A DNA stretch of 64,000 nucleotides from Bacillota bacterium. GTDB lineage: Bacteria; Bacillota; Dethiobacteria; DTU022. Made by a program: the position numbers and the translations under genes. Where the stretch lies: positions 3,636 through 67,635 of the forward strand of contig JAWODD010000025.1 in assembly GCA_046483445.1 (NCBI GenBank), read 5' to 3'. This document shows, piece after piece, positions 28,249 to 38,042 of this stretch. Every line of letters begins with the position of its first letter. Positions within the stretch are counted from its first letter, which is position 1. The notes below the pieces were generated by a model. It was not told the origin of the DNA, made no database searches, and saw only the letters and a program-made list of their open reading frames with translations.

Positions 28249-29592
28249 ATGCTGGAAGAAGATTTGGCTCGTTTTGTCTACGAACTCGACTACGATAATC
28301 TATCCGGGGAAGTTATTAACCAGGCCAGGGTTTGCTTGCTGGATCTGGTTGGTGCTGCTTGTGCCGGAGCAGTGGCACTGCCAGGTAAAGTGGTTACAGA
28401 TATTATCGAGGAAGCGGGCGGTACTCCCCAGGCAGTTTTGATTGGCCGCAAAGAAAAAATACCGGCTTTAAATGCTGCTCTTGGCAATGGCTTGTATGGC
28501 CACGGCCTGGAGTATGATGATCTGCACCGTCATTCTATATTAAGGCCCGGAGCGCCGATAATTCCGGCGGCTCTGGCAGCAGCTGAAAAAGTAGGGGCCT
28601 CTGGAAAAGAGTTGCTCACAGCTATCGTTGCCGGATATGAAGTTGGGATTCATATTGCTGAGGCGGTGACTCCAAGCCATTATAACTACTTTCATACCAC
28701 CGGTACCTGTGGAACTTTTGCTGCCGCCGCTGCTGCAGGAAAAATATATAAGCTTGATGAAGAACAAATTATTCATGCTCTAGGGCATGCCGGCACGCAG
28801 GCCGCAGGCTTGATGGAACTGCATTACAGCCCGGAAGGGATGATGAGTAAGCCGCTGCATGCCAGTAAAGCAGCCCATAACGGACTTTTTTCAGCCATGC
28901 TGGCTGCAGGTGGCTATATGAGCACAACGACTATTCTTTCTGGAGAAAAAGGATTTTTACGCGTTTTTGCCCCCCAAGCAAAAATGGAGAAGATTACAGA
29001 AAAACTTGGCATTGAATATAAGATTATGCAGATTAGTTTCAGACTTTATGCTTCAACCAGGCATACCAATGCAGCTATAGATTTGGCTCTGCATCTGCAC
29101 GAAAAAGGGATTAAGCCAGAAGATATAGAGCTTCTAAGGATTCAGACCTACAGTATGGCCAGGGACTTGGTCGGAGAGCCATTCCCGGAAACTACTTTTG
29201 AAGCTAAATTTAGCCTTCCTTTCTGTGTATCGACGGCTCTTGCGTACGGGCAAGTTGGATTAGAAGCTTTTACAGAAGAGCGGCTCAGAGATCCGATTAT
29301 TGAGGAACTGATGAGCCATTGCACGGTCGAAGTAGATCCGGAGTTAGATTTCTATTATCCGGATAAATGGGCTGCAAGGCTTAATATAATTATGCGAGAT
29401 GGCACAGTTGATCATACAAAAACTGATTACCCCAGGGGAGATCCTGAAAACAAGATTTCTCTTGATGAATTACATAACAAGTTTCGCCGTCTCTCTTCTA
29501 TGCTATTACCGCAATCAAAAATAGAAGTTTGGCTTGAACAGTTCAGCAAAGTTGAGACCTTCGAAAATATTGCAGACATGTGGAAAATCTAA
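28249..29592 (+). CDS. MmgE/PrpD family protein
   Basis: AALGNG..GH.LEYDDLH, GYEV, FHTTGTCG, SKPLHA, AKFSLPF, PRGDPEN. Confidence 0.88.
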   Translation: MLEEDLARFVYELDYDNLSGEVINQARVCLLDLVGAACAGAVALPGKVVTDIIEEAGGTPQAVLIGRKEKIPALNAALGNGLYGHGLEYDDLHRHSILRPGAPIIPAALAAAEKVGASGKELLTAIVAGYEVGIHIAEAVTPSHYNYFHTTGTCGTFAAAAAAGKIYKLDEEQIIHALGHAGTQAAGLMELHYSPEGMMSKPLHASKAAHNGLFSAMLAAGGYMSTTTILSGEKGFLRVFAPQAKMEKITEKLGIEYKIMQISFRLYASTRHTNAAIDLALHLHEKGIKPEDIELLRIQTYSMARDLVGEPFPETTFEAKFSLPFCVSTALAYGQVGLEAFTEERLRDPIIEELMSHCTVEVDPELDFYYPDKWAARLNIIMRDGTVDHTKTDYPRGDPENKISLDELHNKFRRLSSMLLPQSKIEVWLEQFSKVETFENIADMWKI

Positions 29593-29665
29593 TAACTGTC
29601 TGAAAGTAATTTGGTTTAAAATTTAGGTAGCGCTCTGGGTATTGTTATTAAGGGGGAGAAAAACA

Positions 29666-30439
29666 GTGATTGGAGCTATTGCCGGAGATATTATCGGATC
29701 GGTTTATGAACACTTCAGCATTAAGACTGCTTATTTTGAACTGTTTCACCAGGCCTCCAGGTTTACAGATGACACTGTGCTCACTGTAGCCGTGGCTGAT
29801 TGCATTATGCACGGGAAAGATTATGCCCGGATTTTAAAAGAATACACCCGTCGCTATCCCGATGCCGGCTATGGGGAAAATTTTTTTCAATGGGCTTTCT
29901 CCGAAGGTGAAGAGCCTTACTACAGTTTTGGCAACGGCTCGGCTATGAGGGTTAGTCCGGTAGGTTTTGCCTACAGTGACCTGCAGACGGTGTTAAAAGA
30001 GGCGGAGCAGAGCGCTGCAGTTACACACAACCACCCCGAAGGGATCAAGGGGGCCCAGGCTGTGGCAGCGGTTATCCACCTTGCTCAAAATGATTACAGC
30101 AAAAGAAAAATCAAAACCTATATCGTGGAACAGTTCGGATATAACCTTGAACGGACTATTGAGCAGATTCGTCCCAACTACCAGTTTGATGTTACCTGCC
30201 AGGGATCTGTCCCTGAAGCAATTATAGCTTTCCTGGAAGCTGAGAACTTTGAGGATGCTGTCCGCAAGGCGGTATCACTCGGCGGTGACAGCGATACTAT
30301 CGCCTGCATGAGCGGGGCCATGGCCCAGGCTTACTTTGGCGAGGTCCCTTACCAGATCGAAGAAAAAACTCGCAGCATGCTCCCTTACGAATTATTGGAA
30401 GTGGTTGATGAATTCAACCGTTTTGCCGGGCTGGAGTAA
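29666..30439 (+). CDS. ADP-ribosylglycohydrolase family protein
   Basis: GAIAGDIIGS.YE, FTDDT, GNGSAMRVSP, GGDSDT. Confidence 0.92.
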   Translation: MIGAIAGDIIGSVYEHFSIKTAYFELFHQASRFTDDTVLTVAVADCIMHGKDYARILKEYTRRYPDAGYGENFFQWAFSEGEEPYYSFGNGSAMRVSPVGFAYSDLQTVLKEAEQSAAVTHNHPEGIKGAQAVAAVIHLAQNDYSKRKIKTYIVEQFGYNLERTIEQIRPNYQFDVTCQGSVPEAIIAFLEAENFEDAVRKAVSLGGDSDTIACMSGAMAQAYFGEVPYQIEEKTRSMLPYELLEVVDEFNRFAGLE

Positions 30440-30583
30440 CTATAAAACTGTTGGATAATAATAGATTAAATTGTTTCGGTGCTTGATAACCTGATCATCT
30501 TGTCAGAGATTTTTAACGGAAATGAAGCCGTTAAATATAACCTTGTTTAATTGTTTACTGAAAAAGAAAATTTACTTGATTAA

Positions 30584-30612
30584 GAAAAACCGGGACTTAA
30601 ACCCCGGTTTTT
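30584..30612. terminator. Terminator downstream of tRNA-Val
   Basis: AAAAACCGGG-loop-CCCGGTTTTT. Confidence 0.7.
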
Positions 30613-30687
30613 TGGTGCGCCCGGTAGGTTTCGAACCTACGGCCTCCTGCGCGTCAAGCAGGCGCTCTCCCCCTGAGCTACAGGCGC
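30613..30687 (-). tRNA. tRNA-Val(GAC)
   Basis: Reverse complement GCGCCTGTAGCTCAGGGGGAGAGCGCCTGCTTGACGCGCAGGAGGCCGTAGGTTCGAAACCTACCGGGCGCACCA; anticodon arm CCTGC-TT-GAC-GC-GCAGG; upstream TTGACA-N18-TAAAAT. Confidence 0.95.
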
Positions 30688-30826
30688 ATATTTTATCTAG
30701 CCTTGAGCAAGGATATTTTAGCACTTTATTGAATCCAGTGTCAAGAAAATGTAGCTGTTTTACTGTAAATATTCCTTTTTCTATGCTATTATTGATTTGG
30801 ATTTAACTTTATGAGGAGGGTCAAAA

Positions 30827-31792
30827 GTGCCTGCCAATTTAACCCCGCAGTATTATGAAGCTGAAGAAAAATTTCGCCGGGCACAAACTCCTGAAGAAAA
30901 GATCCAGGCTTTAGAAGAAATGCTGTCGGTTATCCCCAAGCATAAAGGAACTGAAAAACTGCAGGCCGACATAAAAAAGCGTCTTTCCAAGGTAAGAGAA
31001 GAGGGGAAGAAGAAAAAATCTTCCAAGGGTTACGATCCTTTTGGAGTGGAAAAGCAGGGTGCCGGGCAGATTGTTTTGGCCGGTTATCCCAACAGTGGGA
31101 AAACTTCGCTAATTACTGCCTTAACCAGGGCGAAGCTGAAAGTTGCCGAGTATCCTTTTACAACAGCTATTCCTGCCACCGGAATGATGCCCTATAAGGA
31201 TACCTGGGTGCAGCTGGTGGATACACCTCCCATTTCTCCGGATAATGTCCCTTCCGGTTTGATTGGCACTTTTAAGGAAGCAGATGCCCTGCTTATATTA
31301 ATTGATGTTTCAACTGCCGAATGTTTGGAGCAAATGGACGGGTTGATGCAGGTTTTGCAGGAAAGGGAAGTAATCGATTTATCGAAAGAAGGCGAAATTG
31401 TCGCGCCCATCCCTTACCTGCTGGCGGCTAATAAAATTGACCATCCTGATGCGCAGGAGAACCTGGAGGTAATGAAGGAATTATTTCCCGGGTTTGAGGC
31501 GTTAACGGTATCAAGTCATGGAAACAACTTAGAAGAGCTAAAGGATAAGTTATACGAGATATTGGATGTAATTAGGATTTACGGTAAACCGGCCGGAAGA
31601 GAAGCAGACCTTGATCGCCCTTTCATTTTGAAAAGGGGTGGCACAGTGCTCGATTTTGCAGAGCAGGTGCACAAGGATTTTCCGGAGAATTTGAAAAATG
31701 CTCTGCTTTGGGGTTCTTCCAAATTTGACGGGCAGCCGGTTGCCCGTGATTATGTATTAGAAGACGGTGATATTGTGGAATTGCAGCTTTAA
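30827..31792 (+). CDS. OBG-superfamily (DRG-like) GTPase with TGS domain
   Basis: PKHKGTEKL N-terminal motif, GYPNSGKTS, YPFTT, DTPP, NKID, C-terminal VHKDF...L.DGDIVE. Confidence 0.88.
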   Translation: MPANLTPQYYEAEEKFRRAQTPEEKIQALEEMLSVIPKHKGTEKLQADIKKRLSKVREEGKKKKSSKGYDPFGVEKQGAGQIVLAGYPNSGKTSLITALTRAKLKVAEYPFTTAIPATGMMPYKDTWVQLVDTPPISPDNVPSGLIGTFKEADALLILIDVSTAECLEQMDGLMQVLQEREVIDLSKEGEIVAPIPYLLAANKIDHPDAQENLEVMKELFPGFEALTVSSHGNNLEELKDKLYEILDVIRIYGKPAGREADLDRPFILKRGGTVLDFAEQVHKDFPENLKNALLWGSSKFDGQPVARDYVLEDGDIVELQL

Positions 31793-31841
31793 AAAGACCG
31801 GGAGCATATTACTACAATCATACTTAGATAGGAGTTGAATA

Positions 31842-32396
31842 TTGATGCTGTGGATAGTTATTGGAATTGTTGTTATAGTAATCTTATTTTTCATCGCGTC
31901 ATATAACCGGCTGGTAGCCTTGCGCCAGGGACTTAAGAATGCCTGGGCCCAGATTGATGTCCAGTTAAAAAGAAGATATGACTTAATTCCGAACCTGGTG
32001 GAAACGGTCAAAGGGTATGCCAGTCATGAAAAAGAAACCTTTGAAAATGTAACCAAAGCTCGCAATATGGCGATGCAGGCCGGTGATGTTAACGAGCAGG
32101 CCGGAGCGGAGGATATGCTCACGGGCGCCCTGAAAAGCCTTTTTGCCGTTTCGGAGAGTTACCCAGAATTGAAAGCTGATGCCAATTTTCGCCAGCTGCA
32201 GGAAGAGTTGAGCAATACCGAAAGCAAGATTGCTTCTTCAAGAAGGGATTACAACCAGACCGTGATGAAATACAATACGGCGATTCAGCGCTTTCCCACG
32301 GTCTTGATTGCCGGCGTGTTAGGTTTTGAACAGGAAAATTACTTTAACCTGGATGAAGAACCGGCTTCCCGGGAAGCGGTTAAGGTAGAGTTTTAA
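31842..32396 (+). CDS. lemA: LemA family protein
   Basis: NAWAQIDVQLKRRYDLIPNLVETVKGYA.HE, YPELKA. Confidence 0.95.
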   Translation: MMLWIVIGIVVIVILFFIASYNRLVALRQGLKNAWAQIDVQLKRRYDLIPNLVETVKGYASHEKETFENVTKARNMAMQAGDVNEQAGAEDMLTGALKSLFAVSESYPELKADANFRQLQEELSNTESKIASSRRDYNQTVMKYNTAIQRFPTVLIAGVLGFEQENYFNLDEEPASREAVKVEF

Positions 32397-32804
32397 TTTT
32401 TTGAATGCTTTAGAACTGTGCAATGTGCAGGTAGACCATAAAAGATAGAGACGGTAATGTCTTATTTATAAAAGAAGGTTGCCAGATAGAAAAACATATT
32501 TTAGTATTTTAGAGAGCCGTTTTTAGCCATGCTCTCTATTTTTGTTTATTACAATTGCATGGAGGCAAGATATGGGTTACTGGAAGATGGCTCGCAGTCC
32601 GGTTGCGTCAAATGAGGAGGGGGAAAGCTTTGATTATGCGGAAGCATTTCACCGGGTTTATGTTAAAATATAATTGTTTCATCATGCAAAGTAAGTGCTG
32701 TTTTCAACATATTTTATTGTAACTTTAATGATAACGGCAGTGGGGTATGATATATTGGAAAAAATAGGTGCCTTTGCGCTTGATCAGGTTAAGGAGGTTT
32801 TATC

Positions 32805-33548
32805 TTGCTGGAAGTCATTGATTTGAATGTTAACGTTGACGGGGAAGAAATTCTTAAAGGAGTTTCCTTAAAAATACCAAAAGGGGAAACCCATATTTTA
32901 CTCGGGCCTAATGGGTCGGGGAAAACGACACTGCTTAAAGCGATCATGGGGATGGGAACATTTCAAACCACCGGAAGAATATTGTTGGACCAGGAAGATT
33001 TGACCGGCTTGCCTGTGGATGAGAGAGCCAGGCGGGGGATCGGTATAGCTCTACAAAAGTCTCCTGTTGTTCCGGAAGTAACTCTTGGCGGGTTGCTGGA
33101 AATGATCCGGAAAAAAAATGGCAACGGTAAGTTGGAAGATAGGATTGAAGCTTTGAATTGCAATTATCTTTTAAACCGAGGCGTCAACCAGAATTTTTCC
33201 GGCGGCGAGATGAAGCGCTCGGAAATGCTTCAGCTGATCGCCCAAAATCCCAAATTAGTTTTAGTGGATGAACCGGAGTCAGGTGTAGATCTTGATAACG
33301 TAGCGGTGATCGGCGAAGCCTTTAAAAGTTTAATCAAACCTGCAAAGGAAATTGAAAAAAGCAGATCGGCCCTGGTGATAACTCATACCGGTCGTATTAT
33401 GGAGTACTTAAATGCTGATAGAGGTTATGTGTTAGTTGGTGGTCGAATAGTTTGTGCGGGCAACCCCTGGGATTTATTCGAAGAAGTTAACCGGCATGGT
33501 TTTGAAGGATGTCTGGAATGCAGGAAATTTAGTTGTGAAGGAGCATAA
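32805..33548 (+). CDS. sufC: Fe-S assembly ATPase SufC (SmsC-like)
   Basis: GPNGSGKTT, FSGGEMKRSE, DEPESGVD, C-terminal CLEC. Confidence 0.9.
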   Translation: MLEVIDLNVNVDGEEILKGVSLKIPKGETHILLGPNGSGKTTLLKAIMGMGTFQTTGRILLDQEDLTGLPVDERARRGIGIALQKSPVVPEVTLGGLLEMIRKKNGNGKLEDRIEALNCNYLLNRGVNQNFSGGEMKRSEMLQLIAQNPKLVLVDEPESGVDLDNVAVIGEAFKSLIKPAKEIEKSRSALVITHTGRIMEYLNADRGYVLVGGRIVCAGNPWDLFEEVNRHGFEGCLECRKFSCEGA

Positions 33549-33549
33549 T

Positions 33550-34773
33550 ATGAATCTGAAAGAAAAAGCAAAAAAAGCACTTGATAAAAAGGCCGCTTAT
33601 GGGCCGGACTTAAAACTGCCTGATTCAATTTCAGATCGTAAGGAACAGCCTCTGGAATCACTTGAAAACCTGGATAGGCGGGTCAAGGAGGTTTCCTTGC
33701 TTTCAGGAATGATCACTGACGAAAACAAACGATCGGGTTCGTTTTATCAAAAAGGCGATTCAGTTATTTATGAAAAGGTCCAGGAGGCTTATGGTGGCCA
33801 GGTGGAGATTATGAAAATGGAAGATGCGCTGGAAACGCATCCATGGTTGTGGGAATATTGGTGGCAAATGGTACCGGTAGATATGGACAAATATACGGCC
33901 CAGGTGGAACTGTTAGGCCGGGGCGGTTATTTTATACGAATTTTACCAAGCGCCAAGGTAGACAAACCAATCCAGTCCTGCCTGCTTTTGGATGAAAGCG
34001 GATCCAGCCAGAGAGTTCATAACCTTATTGTGGCTGAAGAAGGCTCGCAGGCGCAAATCATAACGGGCTGCACGATCAGCCCGGATGTAAAAGAAGGTTT
34101 TCACCTTGGAGTATCGGAATTTTATGTGAAAAAAGGAGCCGAGCTTTTTTTTACCATGGTCCATAATTGGGCTGAGGATTTTCATGTCAGGCCCCGGACG
34201 GGAGTTTTGGTCGAAGAGAATGGAAGCTTTGTTAACAATTATCTGCTGTTGAACCCGGTTCGCACTATTCAATCTTACCCCCGGGCAGTTTTGAATGGTC
34301 ATGGAGCATATGCCCGTTTCAACACAATTATTTATGGTCAGCATCACTCAGTGCTTGACCTTGGTGCGCTGATTGAATTAAATGATAAGGAAACCCGTGG
34401 CGAATCCGTAAGCCGGGCCCTGGGAACAGATAGTTCAAATATCATGATGCGGGGTAGGTTAAAAGCCCGTGATAACAGCGCCCGGGCTCACCTGGAATGC
34501 CAGGGCATGCTACTTTCAGGAGAAGCGATAATGGATGCTGTTCCCGAGCTCTCGGTTGAAGGGGCACCCAAGGCCGATTTAACTCACGAAGCAGCGGTCG
34601 GACCTGTAGACGAAGAGGCAGTGGAGTATCTGATGTCCAGGGGCTTCACCCGGGACGAAGCAACCAGTGCAATATTACAGGGGTTCATGAAAGTAGGTAT
34701 TGAAGGGCTGCCTGAAGTTCTTGAGAAAATGCTTGAAAAAACCCTTAAAGAAATGTCGGAAGAGGTCGTTTGA
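33550..34773 (+). CDS. sufB: Fe-S scaffold SufB/D family protein (SmsB-like)
   Basis: AHLECQGMLL, VPEL, LTHEAAVG, EYLMSRG. Confidence 0.88.
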   Translation: MNLKEKAKKALDKKAAYGPDLKLPDSISDRKEQPLESLENLDRRVKEVSLLSGMITDENKRSGSFYQKGDSVIYEKVQEAYGGQVEIMKMEDALETHPWLWEYWWQMVPVDMDKYTAQVELLGRGGYFIRILPSAKVDKPIQSCLLLDESGSSQRVHNLIVAEEGSQAQIITGCTISPDVKEGFHLGVSEFYVKKGAELFFTMVHNWAEDFHVRPRTGVLVEENGSFVNNYLLLNPVRTIQSYPRAVLNGHGAYARFNTIIYGQHHSVLDLGALIELNDKETRGESVSRALGTDSSNIMMRGRLKARDNSARAHLECQGMLLSGEAIMDAVPELSVEGAPKADLTHEAAVGPVDEEAVEYLMSRGFTRDEATSAILQGFMKVGIEGLPEVLEKMLEKTLKEMSEEVV

Positions 34774-35131
34774 GCAGTAATTTTCATAAGTCAATTGCGG
34801 TTAAAGAGATTGTATTACTCCTTTAGTCCAAAGACTGTTTTTCGCAGACGGATAAGAAGTTACCGAAGCAAACTTTTTTTATTTGATTCCACCAAATCAC
34901 AGTTGTTGCAACAGATGCATGGTGAAGAGTTAAAGACAGAGCCCTGTTGCGGAAGCTGATAAACTCTTGTTCTTTCATTAGAGCATTGACAAATTCCCGG
35001 GCAACCCTAAGATTGATTTAACACTCTTTTTGGATTTGCATTATATGCGGGCCCCTGCTAAAAATAAGGATTAAGTAATTTCAAAGAAGCAGTTATACTT
35101 GATGAACACAACTAAGGGGTGATGAAAAGAG

Positions 35132-36217
35132 ATGAGTGAAGACAAAGCTTATGAACTTGGATTTTTCCACAAGTACCTTTCCGTTTGGGTAGCCTTATGC
35201 ATTCTGATCGGTCTCGGGCTTGGCCGCGTTATACCTGGTGTGGCTGAGACCTTAAGTGAGATCCAGGTAGCACAGGTAAATATCCCAATTGCCATCTTCT
35301 TGTTTGCCATGATGTACCCGATCATGTTGCAAATAGATTTCAGCGAAGTTGTAAATGCGGTAAAAGCTCCGCGGGCGGTTATCTTAACCCTGATCGTTAA
35401 CTGGCTGATCAAACCTTTCAGCATGTTCTTTTTTGCCTGGTTGTTCATGCGCATTATCTGGGCTCCTTATCTTGGTTACGAATTGGCGGGCGAATACATG
35501 GCCGGGATGATTCTTTTAGGCATTGCGCCATGTACTGCCATGGTCCTGGTTTTCAGTTACCTGGCCAAGGGGTTTATGGGCCTGACCCTGGTACTGGTGG
35601 CCATTAACTCGCTGACCATGCTTGTCCTTTATGCTCCACTGGGTAACTTCCTGCTGGATGTTGCTGAAATGCCCATCCCTTTTTGGACTATTTTCTTGAG
35701 CATTATGCTCTATGTGGGAGTTTCCCTGGTTGCTGGATACATTACCCGCAAACGTTTGATTGCGACCCGGGGCATTGACTGGTATGAGCGGGTTTTCTTG
35801 AAGCATATGGGCACCATTTCTGTTGTTGCCCTTCTGGCTACTTTAATATATCTCTTCATGCTCCAGGGTGAGGTAATTATCCACAACCCGTTGGGTGTGG
35901 TTATGATTGCCATTCCTTTGATTATCCAGATTCTTTTCATTTTTAGTCTTGGTTACCTGTTGTCGAAACTAATCGGGCTCACTTACGAAGAAGCGGCTCC
36001 GGCTTCCATGATCGGGGCCAGCAATCACTTCGAAGTGGCGATTGCTACAGCGGTTACCGTATTTGGTCTGAGTTCCGGTGCTGCTCTATCTACAGTAGTG
36101 GGTGTTCTGATTGAAGTGCCGATCATGTTAACGCTGGTGACCATTTGCTTGAGAACTGCCGGCTGGTTCCCTAAAATGTCTGCTTACATTAACAAGATGG
36201 CCGGGGATGAACGGTAA
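35132..36217 (+). CDS. acr3: ACR3 family arsenite efflux transporter
   Basis: KYLSVWV, MMYP, NWLIKPF, APCTAMV, ASNHFEVAIA, GVLIEVP. Confidence 0.95.
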   Translation: MSEDKAYELGFFHKYLSVWVALCILIGLGLGRVIPGVAETLSEIQVAQVNIPIAIFLFAMMYPIMLQIDFSEVVNAVKAPRAVILTLIVNWLIKPFSMFFFAWLFMRIIWAPYLGYELAGEYMAGMILLGIAPCTAMVLVFSYLAKGFMGLTLVLVAINSLTMLVLYAPLGNFLLDVAEMPIPFWTIFLSIMLYVGVSLVAGYITRKRLIATRGIDWYERVFLKHMGTISVVALLATLIYLFMLQGEVIIHNPLGVVMIAIPLIIQILFIFSLGYLLSKLIGLTYEEAAPASMIGASNHFEVAIATAVTVFGLSSGAALSTVVGVLIEVPIMLTLVTICLRTAGWFPKMSAYINKMAGDER

Positions 36218-36271
36218 TGTTCTCTTAAATCGAATGGCACAATCAACCAATAGATAGAGAAAATCGCTTAC

Positions 36272-36308
36272 AAAAGGGCCTTCCCCACTTGCAATGGAGA
36301 AGGCCTTT
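36272..36308. terminator. Bidirectional terminator
   Basis: AAAGGGCCTTC ... GAAGGCCTTT between convergent genes. Confidence 0.7.
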
Positions 36309-36336
36309 ATTATAACCGGCAAAGATATCTAGAGGG

Positions 36337-37512
36337 CTAGGACATGATAGTTCCAAAAATCATCCCCGAGATGGTGGCCATGATTGCCACCAGGACTACA
36401 AAAATTACTGTTTTTTGGGTGCCGAGTACGCTTCTGATCACCAGCATGTTGGGCAGGCTTAAGGCTGGTCCGGCTAAAAGCAGGGCCAGGGCCGGTCCCT
36501 GTCCCATTCCTGAACCAAGCAGGCCCTGCAGGATGGGCACTTCGGTTAAAGTGGCAAAATACATAAAGGCGCCGATAACAGAGGCTACCAAATTGGCCCG
36601 GAAGCTGTTGCCTCCGACCAGGGTTTCGATGTACTGGACGGGAATTAAGCCGGCATCGCTTTCCGGGCGGCCCATCAGAAAACCGGCTGCTATTACCCCC
36701 GCAAAAAGCAGGGGGAGAATTTGCAGGGTAAAATCGCGGGTAGACTGGACCCAGGAGATGCGCTCTTCCCGGTCGAACCAGCGCCAGACCATAAACCCGA
36801 GGATGATTAATAGAGTTGCAACCAGGTACCATTTCGCCTGGTAGATAGCATGCCATAATCCGCTAGTTTCCTGGGGGCTGCCCAGGGCGGCGATAACCAG
36901 GATTAAGATTAACACCAGGAAAAAGGCGAGGTTTTGCAAGGGGCCGCGGTTTTCCGGCTGTTCTTCCTCCATGCCCTGCATGGGGGATTCGGTTCTATCG
37001 CGATCTTCTTTCCGGTAAAGCAGGGCCATGATCAACCCTATCACAATGGCAAAAATAACAGCGCCGATTGCCCGGGCCAAACCCAGTTCCCAGCCCAGGA
37101 TCCTGGCGGTAAGGATTATAGCAAGAATATTGATGGCCGGGCCGGAATAAAGGAAAGCGAGAGCAGGGCCAAGGCCGGCTCCTTTTTTGTAGATACCGGC
37201 AAAGAGGGGTAGTACTGTGCATGAGCATACGGCCAGTAAAATTCCAGAGACAGATGCGACTGAGTAAGCAAGGACCTTATGCGCACCACTGCCAAAATAT
37301 TTGATTACCGCTCCCTGTGAAAGGAAGTTGGCAATTGCCCCGGCGATGAAGAAAGCAGGGATCAGGGTTTGTAAAACATGTTCGCGGACATAATATTGCA
37401 ACAGGTAAAAAGCTTCCATAATAGAAGCCTGGATATTTGGGTGCTGGAAAGGAATAAAATATACAGCGACAAAGACTAAAACTAAAATGATCAGTTTTCT
37501 GATATTATCCAT
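36337..37512 (-). CDS. DUF318/ArsP-type permease
   Basis: LAVCSCTVLPLF.GIYK.GAGLGPA, MYFATLTEVPI, GPALSLP. Confidence 0.88.
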   Translation of the reverse strand: MDNIRKLIILVLVFVAVYFIPFQHPNIQASIMEAFYLLQYYVREHVLQTLIPAFFIAGAIANFLSQGAVIKYFGSGAHKVLAYSVASVSGILLAVCSCTVLPLFAGIYKKGAGLGPALAFLYSGPAINILAIILTARILGWELGLARAIGAVIFAIVIGLIMALLYRKEDRDRTESPMQGMEEEQPENRGPLQNLAFFLVLILILVIAALGSPQETSGLWHAIYQAKWYLVATLLIILGFMVWRWFDREERISWVQSTRDFTLQILPLLFAGVIAAGFLMGRPESDAGLIPVQYIETLVGGNSFRANLVASVIGAFMYFATLTEVPILQGLLGSGMGQGPALALLLAGPALSLPNMLVIRSVLGTQKTVIFVVLVAIMATISGMIFGTIMS

Positions 37513-37580
37513 GAATTAAACACTCCCACTTTCAGCCGGTTAGTACTACAGCAAAAAGTAAGCATTGGAGCAGTGCCTGC

Positions 37581-37647
37581 GGAGACGGTTCGATTGTCAC
37601 CGGAGCGAAGCGAAGGTCCGGCAGGGAAGAAAATGAAATCGTCCTCC
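37581..37647. repeat. Degenerate REP/MITE-like palindromic element
   Basis: GGAGACGGTTCGATTGTC ... GAAATCGTCCTCC ends with an internal CCGGAGCGAAGCGAAGGTCCGG hairpin; GC-rich patch within an operon. Confidence 0.4.
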
Positions 37648-37684
37648 TGGCATGTTTCGCTGTAGTCCTACCAAGCTATCATTT

Positions 37685-37930
37685 TTACTGCTCTTCCTGG
37701 ATCCACTCTTTAATTTGGTCTTGCTTCGGCACTTTACCGGACACTTTTACTTTGTCGTTGATTACCAGTCCCGGGGTCATAAAAACATCATGTTCGATGA
37801 TCTTATTTGTATCTTCCACTTTTTGCACATTTGCGGGAACATCCAATTCGGCTAACGCGTTTTTAACTTCCTGCTCTAATTTTTCGCAGTTTTTGCAACC
37901 TGGTCCGAGAATTATAATTTCCATTTGCAA
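37685..37930 (-). CDS. Small thioredoxin-like redox-active disulfide protein
   Basis: ILGPGCKNC, MTPGLVIN..VK.SGKVP. Confidence 0.9.
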   Translation of the reverse strand: MQMEIIILGPGCKNCEKLEQEVKNALAELDVPANVQKVEDTNKIIEHDVFMTPGLVINDKVKVSGKVPKQDQIKEWIQEEQ

Positions 37931-38042
37931 ATCTCTCCTTTCATTGCATTGATCAACATTAGAGAAATTATGCTTTCAACAAAAAAATATATAGTCATGT
38001 TAAGGGTGCTGCCGGGTTACTTTTTAGTGAACTTATTCGAGC

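Noticed and set aside
327-30687. Shared 5' 18-mer (GCGCCTGTAGCTCAGGGG) and 3' GGCGCACCA of the two tRNAs as attL/attR of a 30-kb island
   Set aside because: Both are complete tRNAs with different anticodon and T arms; no integrase lies between them; ordinary tRNA conservation explains it
34771-34773. Sec read-through of the sufB TGA (frame stays open afterwards)
   Set aside because: No UGA-N18-GGTCT hairpin, and the protein already ends at a normal family C-terminus
36344-36856. Numerous antisense and overlapping short ORFs in the track (e.g. 36329..36856, 16002..16574)
   Set aside because: Shadows of well-supported genes with no independent signals
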